Part shown: in pieces, positions 1-26,109 of the stretch
How positions within the stretch are numbered: the stretch's first letter is position 1
Layout of the letters: every line of letters begins with the position of its first letter
DNA from: the human T2T-CHM13v2.0 reference genome, Homo sapiens
Direction: 5' to 3' (one strand)
NCBI RefSeq assembly: GCF_009914755.1
Contig: NC_060939.1
Length of the DNA: 64,000 bases
The notes under the pieces: model-generated
The model's database searches: none
The model's input: the letters and a program-made list of their open reading frames with translations, nothing else
What the model was told of the DNA's origin: nothing
Translations under genes and position numbers: made by a program

Positions 1-1
1 G

Positions 2-304
<303 letters not shown>

Positions 305-2420
305 TAGTTAAGCTGACTTTTAACCATAGAGCTTTTTAAAGAAAATCTTTTAAAATCTCTTATTACGAGACTCTAACTGGGACAAATAGCTGATACTTCT
401 GACTTTTAAGCTCTTTTTTTTCCCCAAAAGTTGTGCTCCCAAGTGAGCCCAATAAGCCTTCACTAAAGTTATGACTTAACCACGGATGCGTGAGGTGTCT
501 CCAAAGAGATGGCAAACAATTTTCACAAGGTCCAGAATTGCCCCAGGGTAGCTCAGATAAAAGAAAATTCAAGACAGAAAATCAGAAGCTGTCCCCGGAG
601 GGAAAAACAATCAACAAGAGGCAAAAGTTTCACAACTATGAAAACAGAAATGACTCATTCTCGAATCTAGGAATTGAACCTACCATTCCCATGTGAAAGA
701 GCAAAGCCTAAGCTACTGAGCTGTAGCACAAGGCAACAGCTGGTGCTTTTCCCAGATGGTGTCTAAAGCAGTCATTTTTGAGCTTGCAAAGGATTTTAAC
801 TACTCAAGAGAATTAAGGCTAGCCATAATATTATCATGTCCTCTTTTCAGACTCAAGAGTCAAAGCCTTATAATTTAACAGCATGAGAACTTTTAAAGCA
901 ACAGACAGTTACATGGAGGCAATAATGTTTTCAAGTCCATAATTTGAATGAACTTTTAGATAACTTTCAAATTAGACAATGTTCTTTTTCTCAATAAGAA
1001 GATGTCTTCTTCGGCACATTTGATACAAACCTAGGAAGCAAGAAATCCTAAACTGCTTATCAGATATTAGCATTTTACAGATGAAAACCATTCCACAATT
1101 TTGGAACATGTTTCCCGTATAATAACTCTTTCTTAGCTGGAAATAACCCAGACATCCAATAACCATTCAAAATGATTTTAAGATTTTCAATTATACAAAA
1201 AGTTTACTGACAAGCATTTATATCATTTATATAAACCTAATTTTCCCATTTTTAACCATTTATTATATTACTTCTGAAAACTGATATTTTACACAAGGTC
1301 AGTCATTATTTAAAGTTACTTCCATGTTAACCATTTTTAAAGCTTGTGAACATCAGGTGTTTATCTAAGTAAGAATTGTAAAGTTAAATACGTGGGCATT
1401 TTGTTGATAACTCAGAAGATTTGGCTGTTTTCATTAAATAATATCAAACGTCTTATAAAAATTATAGAAAGATCTTTCTGTTTGGGGCTGGGTCTGTATT
1501 TTGTATGTTGGCAATTCTCAAGACATTTCTCATATTATTTTACCAATAATTTTAAAGTCAGCTTATTTATTAAAGATTTTACTTAAGTCACGTGAACTTG
1601 TAAAGCACTGGGGCTTATTCACTTAATTTATGAATACTCCTTAACTTTCCTATAGCTTCTATTTCAGAACTCTAGCCATAAGATATCAATACAAACTCAC
1701 CAGTTTCCAAAAAAAAAAAAAAAAAAAAAAAAGTTGGATCCAAACAGTGGTTTTATCATTGCACCAGCAGAAAAGTAACAGCAGATTTAAAGCATGCAGA
1801 AAAGAAAACAGAGAAAGCTGTAGCCTGGCCGACCTCTGCATAAGAACCAACTTCTACAAGTAGAGTGTGAGAAAGAAAAGAGGGGAACAAAAATACTCAA
1901 GCAACCAACAGGAAATTCTGGAGCCTTCCAGCCCCTAGAAAGTGTGGGGTGACTGCCCCACCATTCTCATTTATCTTCCATCAGGAAGTCTCAGTACCCC
2001 AGGTGGGCAGCTCTCCCAGATGATCAGGAGGGTGAAACTGGAGGTGGAGAGTACAGGAGGAATCAAGGCACACACACAAAGTAATCTATCAACACATGCA
2101 AACAAATAGCATGCTTCCAAATGAGTCCGCAGTCAAGGGGTTGGGTGAGGTCCTAAATCCTGCTCCCTAGGTCCAAATGTCTCCATAGACAGCTGAGTCC
2201 AAGCTGAGCAAAGCTCCTATGGTACTGCACAGGCAGACAAATACAAATGCTCAAATGGTGTCACCAGCAGCCAAGTCTTAAGTACAGCAGGTCCCCAACA
2301 ACACCTCAAAAGAGGCAGAGAGTGGTCGGGGGCATTCTGACCAACTTAATCCATTCCAAAGTTTGCCCATTTTTTTGGAGGTCACTTTCTTTGTACCAGC
2401 AAAGTGTTGAAGGCAGCAGA
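305..2420 (-). mobile_element. Decayed MER4-group ERV1 internal sequence
   Basis: Segments 840-920 and 940-1065 align by eye with 61960-62040 and 63780-63955 (e.g. TTTCTCAATAAGAA, AAACCTAGGAAGCAAGA), indicating the same internal family. No ORF. Confidence 0.6.
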
Positions 2421-2423
2421 CAT

Positions 2424-2749
2424 TTATAGGAGTTAAGAATAAATTACTTAGGCAGATAGTAAAGGTATAGGAGTCCTTGGTAAGGCTTTTCTTTTTAATG
2501 AAAACCAGCTCCAAGTTATTTTCCTTTCTAATGAGGATCAGCCTGTAAAATCGAGCGGCAGACATAGATACCAGCAGTTGTGCCAATCATGTTCAAGATG
2601 GCAGCTCCATCTTCCTTTCTCTTTGTCAGCCAAGTTTACAGTAAGAAGAAAACAAGATGGCACCCATCAACTGGAAAGTCCATTTGCATAGTAAGATTAG
2701 GGTGCCTATAAAATTTGTTGTGGCCTGTCCCCTCCCTGCTTTTTGGATG

Positions 2750-2780
<31 letters not shown>

Positions 2781-2948
2781 GAGCTGCTCTCCTCTCTCCT
2801 TTCTTCTATTAAACTTTCCACTCCTTAACCCACTCACATGTGTCTCTGTCTTGAATTCTTTCTCAGGGCAAGACAACAAACCCCAGGGTATATACCCCAG
2901 ACAATGTAGCTGTTTCAGTACATACCCCTAGACAACGTAGCCATTTCA
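2424..2948 (+). mobile_element. Solo LTR, MER61-like
   Basis: Starts TAGGAGTTAAGAATAAATTACTTAGGCAGATAGTAAAGGTAT and contains CATGTTCAAGATGGCAGCTCCATCTTCC, TATAAAA and ATTAAA. Ends ...TTTCA. Confidence 0.7.
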
Positions 2949-2989
2949 ATATCATGTCAGGAGTCAAAAGGGAGTTTTCCCAAAAACAA

Positions 2990-3767
<778 letters not shown>

Positions 3768-3789
3768 AACCAGCTCCATATGCTTTTAT

Positions 3790-5230
3790 CTCCCCCTGTT
3801 TTAAACAGCAACTATTTTGACTGCCTGTTCCAATTTTCTATTAAACCATTACTCCTAGGATGATATGCAACATGATGTGTTCATTTGATGTGACATCTTT
3901 GCCCCTTGTTGCATGCTATCGGTTTGATTTGACAAAATGTAACTTGAGGTCCCAAATTGGTACAGTAGCTGCTGTTCTGATTCTTTAATAGTATTTTGAG
4001 CATTTGCGTCTACAACCAGGTATGCAGAACACAGCAGGGTAAAAATCTATTCCTGTCAGGACAAATTTACAGCCCCCAGAACTATTGGCATTGGTCCAAT
4101 GTAATCAACTTGCCAGCTATGTGCTTCTCCCTGGGTGACCTTCCCCATAGCCATCTTTGGTCTCTGTTTCTCTTGCTGGCACACAGAATAGTTCTTGCTG
4201 TCATTTTGTGCCTCAGCTTGTATAAGAGTAACATGTCTGGATTCAGCCATCCCTGCATTGCTGCAGCATCCCCACCCCCATGTTCACTCATTCCGTGGAT
4301 CTCAGGGGAGCACGTCAAAGGGTCCACTTGGTGGTTCCAATCACTCGGCAAACCTGGAAAGGAGTTCTCTTGATGGGCATTAACAAGTCTTACTGTAATG
4401 CCCCCTTAAATTCACAGAAAGACTTTCATAGGGCTATGGCCCATGCAGGCATCCCTTTAATGGTCCAGTTCTCCATCACCCAGCTACCTGACCATATGAT
4501 CAGGATTTGGGCTCTGCCCACGAGTCTGTAAAAACCCAAACATTGGAGCCTGTGCCATTGTTAATGTCTTCCATCACTGCTAGGAAAAAAGCATGCAATT
4601 CAGCCTATTGAGCTGATTTATTCTCATCTTCAATCAGAGCCTTTCCACCCGCTGGTCTTTAGGCTGCAACTTTCCGAACAGGATGTTGTGTGTTCATCAT
4701 GTAACCGCCATTTTTAAACCAAGCAACAGCTTGTTAGTCAATCAAAAGCTGTTCTTCAGGTTCTGTTGATCCAGCAGCTCCTCTGAGGGTTCCAAAGTTG
4801 GTCCTGGGGGAAAAGGTGCCATCTGCTCGGGAATATGATGGTTTTCTCCTTTCATTCTCCAGTAGTATGCTTCTGTTTGAGCCATTTCCTTTTTATCATG
4901 GAAGTCTTCTGGACACTGCCTTCCTTACTAGAGTGTTTCTCTGATATCACCCAAAATATGGATTTCTCAGGTTTCATGATTATTTTGTGTCCTTCAGTCA
5001 TTGAGGCAGTCTCAACTGATGCCCAATAGCAAGCTAGCAATTATCTTTCAAATAGTGTGTGCCAGGTAGCAGCATCTGGAAATTTCCTGGCCCCAAATCC
5101 CCTCAGTCCTTGCAGGAAGAGATCACAGGCTTTTGACATAAGCTCCAGTCTGCGTAAGTGTCAGTGGTAGATACTTCCAAAATCATTTCTGAGTGGACAT
5201 TAAGAGAGAGTCCACGCCATATGGACTGCA
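3790..5230 (-). pseudogene. ERVL (class III) pol remnant: RT connection, RNase H and integrase
   Basis: Broken minus-strand frames give LACYWASVETASMTEGHKIIMKPE (connection), SAQ*AELHA (RNase H), HGMSEHGG (HHCC region) and WQVDYIGPMP (integrase core). These match HERV-L-type pol motifs. Confidence 0.85.
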
Positions 5231-5264
5231 CAGATAGGCCACAGTAATCCCCTGTCAGTCACAG

Positions 5265-9964
<4,700 letters not shown>

Positions 9965-9979
9965 TTTGTACTTTTGGAA

Positions 9980-10465
9980 TTTTTTAAATGTAGGTTTATC
10001 ATATAGGCACAATGGATTATGAACTCCCTTTCTAGCCCCTCTTGCCTCCCTGGAGAATGGAGTGGAGCGTGGGGCCGGGGGTAGGTGGAACTGAAAGTTC
10101 TAAGCTTCAAAGCTTCAAACGGTGACTTGGTCTTTCTGGTGACCAGCCCCATCTAGGATCCCACCAACGGTCACCTTATTAAAACAAAAGATGCTCCTAT
10201 AACCCAGAAAATTCCAAGGGATTTAGGAGCTCTGTGCCAGATACTTTTACCACTCAGGAAATTACAGAGGTTTTAGGAAACCTGTGTTAGAAACTGGGGT
10301 CAAAGACCAAATATTAAACAGAAGCTTTTCGTAGCACCCTTATCACTCATAAAATTACGAGATTCTAGGAGCTCTGTGTCAGGAACTGAAAACACACACA
10401 CACATACACACACAAATACACATTTTATATATATATATATAATATATATAATTTCTTATTTCACA
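9980..10465. mobile_element. MER21-like LTR fragment with internal tandem units
   Basis: Three degenerate copies of ACTCAGGAAATTACA.GGG.TTTAGGAGCTCTGTG, followed by (CA)n/(TA)n. Confidence 0.65.
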
Positions 10466-10644
10466 GTACATACATTATAGATATGAAACATCAGCTGGTA
10501 CAAAATTACTAAGAAATGTGATATGTGATTTACAGAATGTAAGTTAAAGCTGTAACTGCAGTGGTCCTGTAAAGAATTTATATTAGAAGGAAATACTTTG
10601 ATTTAGAATTATAAATAATAATTTAAATAGTATAATGACTAAGT

Positions 10645-13080
10645 AGTCATGTTGAGATATAATTCACATGACATACAATTCACCCATTTAAAGTGTACAA
10701 TTCGATGTTTTTTTAGCATGTATGTGTTACCATTACCATGGTCAGTTTTATGTATATTTTTTCAACTCTAAAAGAAACTCTGTATTCTTTACCTATCATC
10801 CTCTTGTTCCCCACACCCTTCCCAGCCCTAACCAATCACTAATCTACTTTTTGTCTTTATAGATTTCCCTACTCTGGGCACTTCTTATGAACACAATCAT
10901 ATAATATGTAGCTGTTTGCAATTGGCTTATTTTGTTTTGCATAATGTTTTCAAGGTTCATAATTCATCCTATATCCATACTTCTATCCTTTTTTATGGCT
11001 GAGTAATATTCTGCTGTGTAAATATACCAAATTATTTTTATCCATTCATCAGTTGAGGCATTTGGGTTGTTTCCACCCTTTGCCTGTTATGAATAATGCT
11101 GCTATACATATTCTTGTTTTGTTTCTCTACTCCTAGGAGTAGAATTGCTGAGTTGTGAAGTAACTTTGCCATTATTTGAGGAACTGCCAGACTTTTTTCC
11201 AAGGTGGCAGTAGTATTTTACATTTCTTCCAGCAGTATATGAGGATTCTGATTTCCCCACATTCTTCTCACACTTGTTATCTGGCTTTTTTATTCTAGTC
11301 ATTCAACTGAGTACGAAGTGATAGCTCACTGAGGTTTCCATTTGCATTTTCTTGATGATTAATGATTTCAAACATCTTTTCCAGTGCTTATTGGCCATTT
11401 GTGCATTTTACTTAGACAGATGCCTATTCAAATCCTTTGTCCATTTTTTATTGGGTTCTTCCTTCTTTTATTGCATTGTAAAGATTACTTATATACTCTC
11501 AGTACAATGTGTTATCAATTGTACGATTTGCAAATGTTTCTGATGATCTATGTCTTGCTTTTTCACTCCTATATGGTGTCATTTGAAGAACAAGTATTTT
11601 TAATTTTGATGATGCCTCACTTACCTACCTTTTATTTTGTTTCTCCTGCCTTTGTTGTCAGAGTCTAAAAATCCTTTGCCAAATTTGAGGTTATAAGATA
11701 TACCCTGTGTTTTCTTCTAGGAGATTTAGTTCTTTCAGGTAGGTAGATTTCTGATCCATTTTAATTTTTGTATATGGCGTAAGATAATGGTGCAGCTTTA
11801 CTTGCCCTAGCACCATTTATTGAAAGACTATTTCCCCCTTGAGTGGTTTTGGCTCTTGTCAAACACCAATTGATCATAGATGTTATGGGGGTTTTTCTGG
11901 ACTCTCAATTCTATTACATTGCTCTATATGTCTATTTGTTGCCTGTAATATAGTGTCTTGATGTACCATTACTTAGTACTAAGTTTTGAAATCAGAAAGT
12001 GCAAGACCTTGGAGTCTGCTTATTTTCAAGATTGTTTTGGCTATTTTGGGGTCCTTCGCAGTTTCATATGAATTTTAGAATCAACTTGTACATTTCTACA
12101 AAGAAGTTGTCTGGGATTCTGATAGGGATTGTGTGGAATTAGCACATCTATTCGGGAAGTGTTGCCATCTTAATGTTAAGTCTTCTGATCAATTATGGAA
12201 TGTATTTCTTTTTTATTAATATACTATTTAATTTATTTCCACAGTGTTTTATAATTTTCAAAGCAAACGTTTTGAACACTTTTGTTAAATTTATTCCTAA
12301 GTATTTAATATAATTTTGGTCTCGTTCTGTCACCCAGACTGAGTGCAGTGGTGCAATCTCTGCTCACTGCAGCCTCCACCTCTTGGGTTCAAGTGATTTA
12401 TGCTGCCTCAGCCTCCTGAGTAGCTGGAATTACAGGCACACACCAACATGCCTGGCTACTTTTTGTATTTTTAGGAGAGATGGGTTTTCGCCATGTCGGC
12501 CAGGCTGGTCTCGAACTCCTGACCTCAAGTGATCTGCCTGCCTCAGCTTCTCAAAGTGCTGGCATTACAGGCGTGAGCCACTGTGCCCAGCTGAATTGTT
12601 TTCTTAATTTTATTTTTGGCTCGTTCATTGCAAGTGTATAGAAGTTCAATTGATTTTGCACATGTATCTTGTATCCTGCAAACTTGCTGAGTTAGTTTAT
12701 TAGTTCTACTAGTTTTTTTGGTGGATGCCTTAGGAATTTCTATATACAAGACCAAGTCATCTGTGAAATGGGTTAATTTTACTTTTTCCTTTTCAAACTG
12801 GAAGCCTTTTTTTTTCTTTTTATTGCTTAATTGTCCTGACTAAAACATACAGTACAATGTTGAATAGAAGTAGCAAGAGCAAACATCCTCCTCTTATTCC
12901 TGATATTATGGGGAAAGCATCCACATTTTCATCATTAAATATGATTTCTTACTGTGTACTTTTCACAGATTGTTTTTATCAGGTTGAGGATGTTACCTTC
13001 TATTCCTAGTAGGTTAAGTTCCTTTAACATGAAAGGATGTTGAATTTTGTCAAATGTTTTTTCCTGCATCTATTGAGATG
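10645..13080 (-). mobile_element. L1 (L1MB-like) 3' end and ORF2 remnant
   Basis: TTGAGATATAATTCAC...TTTAAAGTGTACAATTC 3'UTR signature and T-rich antisense ORF2 motifs (TTCAAGATTGTTTTGGCTATT, TACAATGTTGAATAGAAG). Confidence 0.85.
12319..12592 (-). mobile_element. AluS inside L1, A-tail missing
   Basis: Reverse-complement Alu dimer. Confidence 0.9.
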
Positions 13081-13082
13081 GT

Positions 13083-16210
<3,128 letters not shown>

Positions 16211-16489
16211 AATTAAATCAGCTCCCAATCTTTAAAATTGTGAAGTATTACATAAAAATGTAACTTTTAGCTTCCTGTGAAAATTTAGAACTGGCACTCC
16301 TGAGCCCAAATTCTCATATAGCAACAACTGGCAATGGCTCAGTAGTATCTGCCCTTTTCAGACTTGGACAGATCCTTCCTCATTCTCACCAGCCATTTCA
16401 CTCATTTACTTCCCTGGATCTTGTTTGCATTAATTTTTTCTACCCTACTAGCACTTTGAAGTTTACACAGGGTAATCAAACATATTAAG

Positions 16490-16745
16490 AACATCTTCTT
16501 AATTCTGATGCTTTGACATCTGGGGCCTTACTGAACCTGAAGAGATACCCCAACCAGGGCTAACAAATTTCTAAATATAGTAAAAGATGAGTGTGATTTT
16601 CCTACGTAAACTAACCAATCCAAAGCCTGCTTCTCTTGCCTTTTGATATCCTTCCTACAGAAGCCACAATGAAGTCTATTGTCCACGTTTTCCTCCCACT
16701 CCCTCTGCCTCCTGCTTGTCCCTGGCACAGCTGCTATTTGGGCAT
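16490..16745 (+). mobile_element. ERVL-type LTR fragment (MER54/MER74-like)
   Basis: TTCTGATGCTTTGACATCTGGGGCCTT and AAACTAACCAATCCA motifs. Downstream 17640-18060 resembles the internal region at 6330-6620 (AGCCAGAGACA.AA...GCTAAAAAC). Confidence 0.5.
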
Positions 16746-16855
16746 TGGTCAGGTGGCTGTGGATTCAAATCCTAAATTCGAAACTAGAAAGCTGAGTGCT
16801 CCTGAGTTCTGGTCTGAGTGTGCTACTTGCCTAGATTCTGGGATAAGGAACACTC

Positions 16856-17034
16856 TTTTGTTTTTGTTTTTTTTTTTTGTTATGTTTTTGTTGTTGTTTT
16901 TGTTTTTGTTTTTAAAGAGACGGGGGTCTCGATATGTTGGCCACCTTGTTCTCAAATTCCTGGCCTCAAGCATTTCCTCCAGCCTCAGCCTCCCAAAGAG
17001 CTAGGATTATAGGTGGGAGCCACCATGTCCTGCC
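16856..17034 (-). mobile_element. Alu monomer (FLAM-like)
   Basis: (TTTTTG)n tail followed by left-arm-only sequence. Confidence 0.8.
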
Positions 17035-17827
17035 TCCTAGTTTTTATTGACTAGGTAAGTTCTTGAATGGCACCACCAGAGGGGACCAGGTGTGACTTTC
17101 CTCCAAGGACCATGAAATGGACCTGATCAGTCAAACAGGCAGCACAGATTAATATTGAGACAAGGAAAGTTGCTATTTTCCTGTACATTTCAGCCTGCTC
17201 TGCTTAGTAGAAGGAGTGTGATCTTTGCAGCACTAATAAGTTGCGAGCCACACATGGGATCAGTGTTTGCCTTTACCTCCAGGACCGTGCCACCCCACAA
17301 AAGATGTTGTTCTGGATGTAACCTGTTGTGTTGTTATTTGCCTTCTTGCTATTGTATTTCGTCTCTAAATGCAGTGGGATATGGCGGATCCCATCCCTGG
17401 AGACTAGTGGCTCAATATTTAACGGAAAGGGGGAAAGGAAAGCAACATTTGGTTCTAGTTTCTCTCAAGCCTTCTGAAGAGGTGACTCATGAACGAAAGA
17501 TTGCAAAACACTCAATCAATGCTCACAGGCTCTCTTAAGTGCTGCTGCTTACCATCATACAAAGGGTCTCATACTCAAAGAGATTGAAAGAAAACCAAGG
17601 CCACACTTGCTGTCCTGGATATTGAGACCAGCCATGCCTCTGAGGTTTAGTGGGACACCCAATAAAGGGAAGATGCTACTCATAGCAGACATTATTCAGA
17701 CTGCCACAAGTTTATCAGGTAAACACCAAAAGGATAAAAAAGGGGGAGGTGGGGATCAGGAACAGACAGAAGATAAAAAAGGATGAAATATTATCTACCT
17801 AGAAATACAAGCCATTCTAACAAGTTG

Positions 17828-17858
<31 letters not shown>

Positions 17859-18079
17859 ATGAGGAAGGGGACTGATTCAACTGTGTAAAGGTTTGGACCC
17901 AAGAGGAGGCTTCTGTCTAAAGGAGGACACCAAGATCCTTCCACTCCTTTCTTTTTCCTCTTATTAGCCAGAGACAAAAACTAAAAACTGTGGCTTCAGG
18001 TTGCTAAAAACTAAAACAGAAAAAAAGAGAAATCTCTAAAAACAAGAGGAAAAATAAAAAGTAAATAAGTATATTACAT

Positions 18080-18501
18080 TTTATTGATTGACTGGTTGAT
18101 TTACTGACTGACAGGCTGGCTGACTGACTCAGGTTCTCACTCTGTTGCCCAGGCTGGAGTGCAGTGATGAGATCTTAGCTCACTGCAGCCTCAAACTGCT
18201 GGACTCAAGTGATCCTCCCACCTCAGTCTCTTTAATAGCTGGGAACACAGGTGTACATCATAGAGACAAGGTTTTGCTATGTTGCCTAGGCTGGTCTCAA
18301 AACTCCTGGCCTCAAGGAACTTTCCACCTTGGCCTTCCAAATTATAGAGATTACAGGTGTGATTCACCACATCCCCCCTCCCAGTTTTTACTGACTAGAT
18401 AAGTTATTGAATGGCACCACCAGAGGGAACCAGGTGTGACTTCCCTCCAGGTGTGACTCACACCTGCTAGGATTATAGGAGTAAGCCATTGTGCCTGGCC
18501 T
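18080..18501 (-). mobile_element. AluJ, rearranged
   Basis: (TGAC/TGAT)n tail and CTCAAGTGATCCTCCCACCTCAG. The 5' end is split by a duplicated unique segment. Confidence 0.8.
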
Positions 18502-18604
18502 ATTTTAATGTTTTTATAAAATAGAGTAAATAAATTTCATACATATAAAAACTAAATTAAAACAAAGATTCATAATTTAATCCAATTGGAAATCTGAAAG
18601 AAGC

Positions 18605-22100
<3,496 letters not shown>

Positions 22101-22251
22101 GCTTCTTGTCGGGAGGGGAATCTCAGGGTTATGCCTTTCACCCAGTCTTTCAGAGCTACCATTCTTTTTCCTAGCAATGCACTGAGAGGTCTGCATGCTG
22201 GATGCTGGTCCACCCCCCTCCTTTTCCCCTGAAAGGCCCTTGAATCGCCCC

Positions 22252-22630
22252 ATGCTAGTGACTGAATGTTTGTGTCCCCCACCCCAAATCCATATGTGTA
22301 GTATAGTGGCCCAATGTGATGGTATTTAGAGGTGGCACCTTTGTGGGGTAATTAGGTCAGGCAGGTAGAGTGCTCATAAATTGTATTAGTGCCCTTACAA
22401 GAAAAAATGAGAGAGGTGATTTCTCTCTCTGCCATGTGAGGATACAGAGAGAAGATGGCCATTTGCAAACCAGGAATCAAGCCCTCACCACAGACTAGAT
22501 TTGCCACTTCCTTGATCATGGACTTCCCAGGTTCAGAACTGTGAAGAACTGGGAGAAACAAATGGCTTTTGTTTATTTGTTGTTTATTTGTTTAAGCCAC
22601 CAGTCTATGGAATTCTGTTATAGCAGACAC
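22252..22630 (+). mobile_element. MLT1A-like MaLR LTR
   Basis: TGCTAGTGACTGAATGTTTGTGTCCCC start, GCCATGTGAGGATACAG, and TTAAGCCACCAGTCTATGG...TTATAGCAG end. Confidence 0.8.
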
Positions 22631-22718
22631 ATGAGTTAGGTAATTATTGCCTTTTGGATAGGGTTGGCCTGCAGTTTTACAACTAGGTTAAGTTATCTAC
22701 AGACATATTTACCTATTT

Positions 22719-22757
22719 TCTCTCTCTGTCTCTCTCTCTCTCTCTCTCTGTCTCTCT
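22719..22757. repeat. (CT)n microsatellite
   Basis: Read directly from the sequence. Confidence 0.9.
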
Positions 22758-22871
22758 GTGTGTGATAGATATTGTATAAATTTTCACTTTGAAAATTATA
22801 CTCCGCTGTCAGTGTTGCTTTGAATATACAGAAATACTGAAAACATTATTTGTGCCAAATAAAATGTGCAG

Positions 22872-23229
22872 CATATTAGTCCATTTTCATGCTGCTGATA
22901 AAGACATACCCAAGACTGGGCAATTTGCAAAAGAAAGAGGTTTAATAGACTTACAGTTCCATGTGGCTGGGGAAGCCTCATAATCATGGCAGTAGGCAAG
23001 GAGGAGCAAGTCATGTCTTACATGGATGGCAGCAGGCAAAGAGAGAGAGAGCTTGTGCAGGGAAACTCTGCCTTATAAAGCCATCAGGTCTCATAAGACT
23101 TATTCACTGTCACAAGAACAGCATGGGAAAGACCTGCCCCCATGATTCAGTTACCTCCCACCAGGTGTCTGCTACAACATGTGGGAATTTAAGATGAGAT
23201 TTGGGTGGAGACACAGCCAAACCATATCA
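22872..23229 (-). mobile_element. THE1B solo LTR
   Basis: ATTAGTCCATTTTCATGCTGCTGATAAAGACATACCC...AGCCAAACCATATCA. Confidence 0.88.
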
Positions 23230-23648
23230 TGTATGTATAAAGGGGATGCTTTGGTTCATGGATACCAGTACTGTTTATAAGGATTTGTTATTTCTACTTT
23301 TCATATTTTACCTGGTGTCAAAATGATAAATCTTTTTCTTAATTCCACCCAGCAATATGAATGTGCTTCCTGAATAATATAAAGCAGTTTCAAAGGACAA
23401 TATGTAAACATGCTTAGTTATTTTAGAGCCTAAATAGCCAAAGCTATCCTAAGCAAAAAGAACAAAGCCAGAGGTATCACATTACCTGACTTCAAACTAT
23501 ATTTTAAGACTACGGTTACCAAAACAGCACGGTACTGGTACAAAAACAGATGCATAGAGCAATGGAACAGAGCAGAGAACCCAGAAAGAAAGCTGCACAT
23601 CTATACTCACTTGATCTTTGAACAGAATTGACAAAAATAAGCAATGGA

Positions 23649-23990
<342 letters not shown>

Positions 23991-24433
23991 TCAGTAAATG
24001 GTGTTGGGATAACTTGGTAGCCACATGCAGAAGAATGAAACTGGACTCCTACCTCTCACCATATACGAAAATTAACTCAAGATAGATTACAGATTTAAAT
24101 GTAAAACCCCAAACTATACAAATCCTAGAAGAAAACCTAAGCCATACCATTTCTGGCCATTAGCCTTGGAAAAGAATGTATGACTAAGTCCTCAAAATCA
24201 ACTGTAACAAAAACAAAAATTGCCAAGTGGGAACTAGTTAAACTAAAGAGCTTCTGCACAGCAAAATAACTATTGACAGAGTAAATAGACAACCTACAGA
24301 ATGGGAAAAAAAATTTGCAAACTATGCATACAGCAAAGGTCTAATATCCAGAATCTATAAGGAACTTAGTAAGAAATAAACAACCCAACTAAAAAATTAA
24401 TATGTTAGATGGGCAAAAGACAGGAACAGACAC

Positions 24434-24729
24434 TTTTTTTCCCCTCACTCTGTCTCCCAGGCAGGAGTGCAGTGTTGTGATCTCAGCTCACTGCAACCTC
24501 TGCTTCCTGGTTCAAGTGATTCTCCTACCTCAGCCTCCCAGGTAGCTGGAGTTACAGGCATGCAGCACCACACCACACCGCCGCCATATGAGACACGCCT
24601 TTCACCTCCCACCATGATTGTGAGGTCTCCCCAGCCATGTGGAACTGTAAGTCCAATAAACCTCTTTCTTTTGTAAATTGCCCAGTCTTGGGTATATCTT
24701 TATCAGCAGTGTGAAAATGGACTAATACA
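24434..24729. mobile_element. Fused Alu right arm (-) and THE1B 3' half (+) inside L1
   Basis: Alu sequence to ~24580, then GCCGCCAT..GAGAC..GCCTTTCACC...AAAATGGACTAATACA. Confidence 0.82.
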
Positions 24730-25473
24730 CTAATCTTCAGAGAAATACAAGTCAATACCATGAGATACCACCTCATATCGATCAGAATGGCAATTATTAA
24801 AAACTGAAAAACAAACAAACAAAACACCAGATATTGGTGAGGCTACAGAGCAAAGAGAATTATACACTCTTAGTGGGAATATAAATTACTTCAGCCATTG
24901 TGGAAAGCAGTTTGGAGATTTCTCCAGGAACTTAGAACCACCATTTGACCCAGCAATCCCATTCCTGGTTTTATATCCAAAAGAAAATAAATCATTCTAT
25001 CAAAAGGACACATGTATGTTCATCACAGCACTATTCACAATAGCAAAGATAGAGAATAATCCCAGATGCCTTACAATGGTGGTCTGGATAAATAAAATGT
25101 GGTACATACATACCATGGGATATTATACAGCCATGATAAAGAACAAAATTATGTCCTTTGCAGCAACATGGATGTAGCTAGAGGCCATTATTTTAAACGA
25201 ATTAATGCAGGAACAGAAAACCGAATACTATATATTCTCACTTACAACTGGGAATTAAATATTGGTTATTCATGGACATAAAGATGGGAACAACAGACAC
25301 TGGGTACTACTAGAGTGGGGAGGGAGGAACGGGGAAAGGATTGAAAAACTACTGGGTTCTATGCTTACTAGCTGGGTGACATGATCAATCATATCCCAAA
25401 CCTCAGCAACGCACAATATACCCATGTAACAAACTGGCACAGGTATCCCCTGAATCTAAAATAAAAGTTGAAA

Positions 25474-26103
<630 letters not shown>

Positions 26104-26109
26104 GGAAAT

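Noticed and set aside
940-1065. Apparent segmental duplication with 63780-63955
   Set aside because: Divergent and gapped; better explained as two copies of one ERV internal family.
2560-2600. Possible p53 element in the MER61-like LTR
   Set aside because: Only one imperfect half-site (ATCATGTTC) is visible, with no paired RRRCWWGYYY.
10195-10390. Repeat-spacer-like array of ~35-bp units
   Set aside because: Degenerate internal repeats of a MER21-type LTR in a mammalian genome; not CRISPR.
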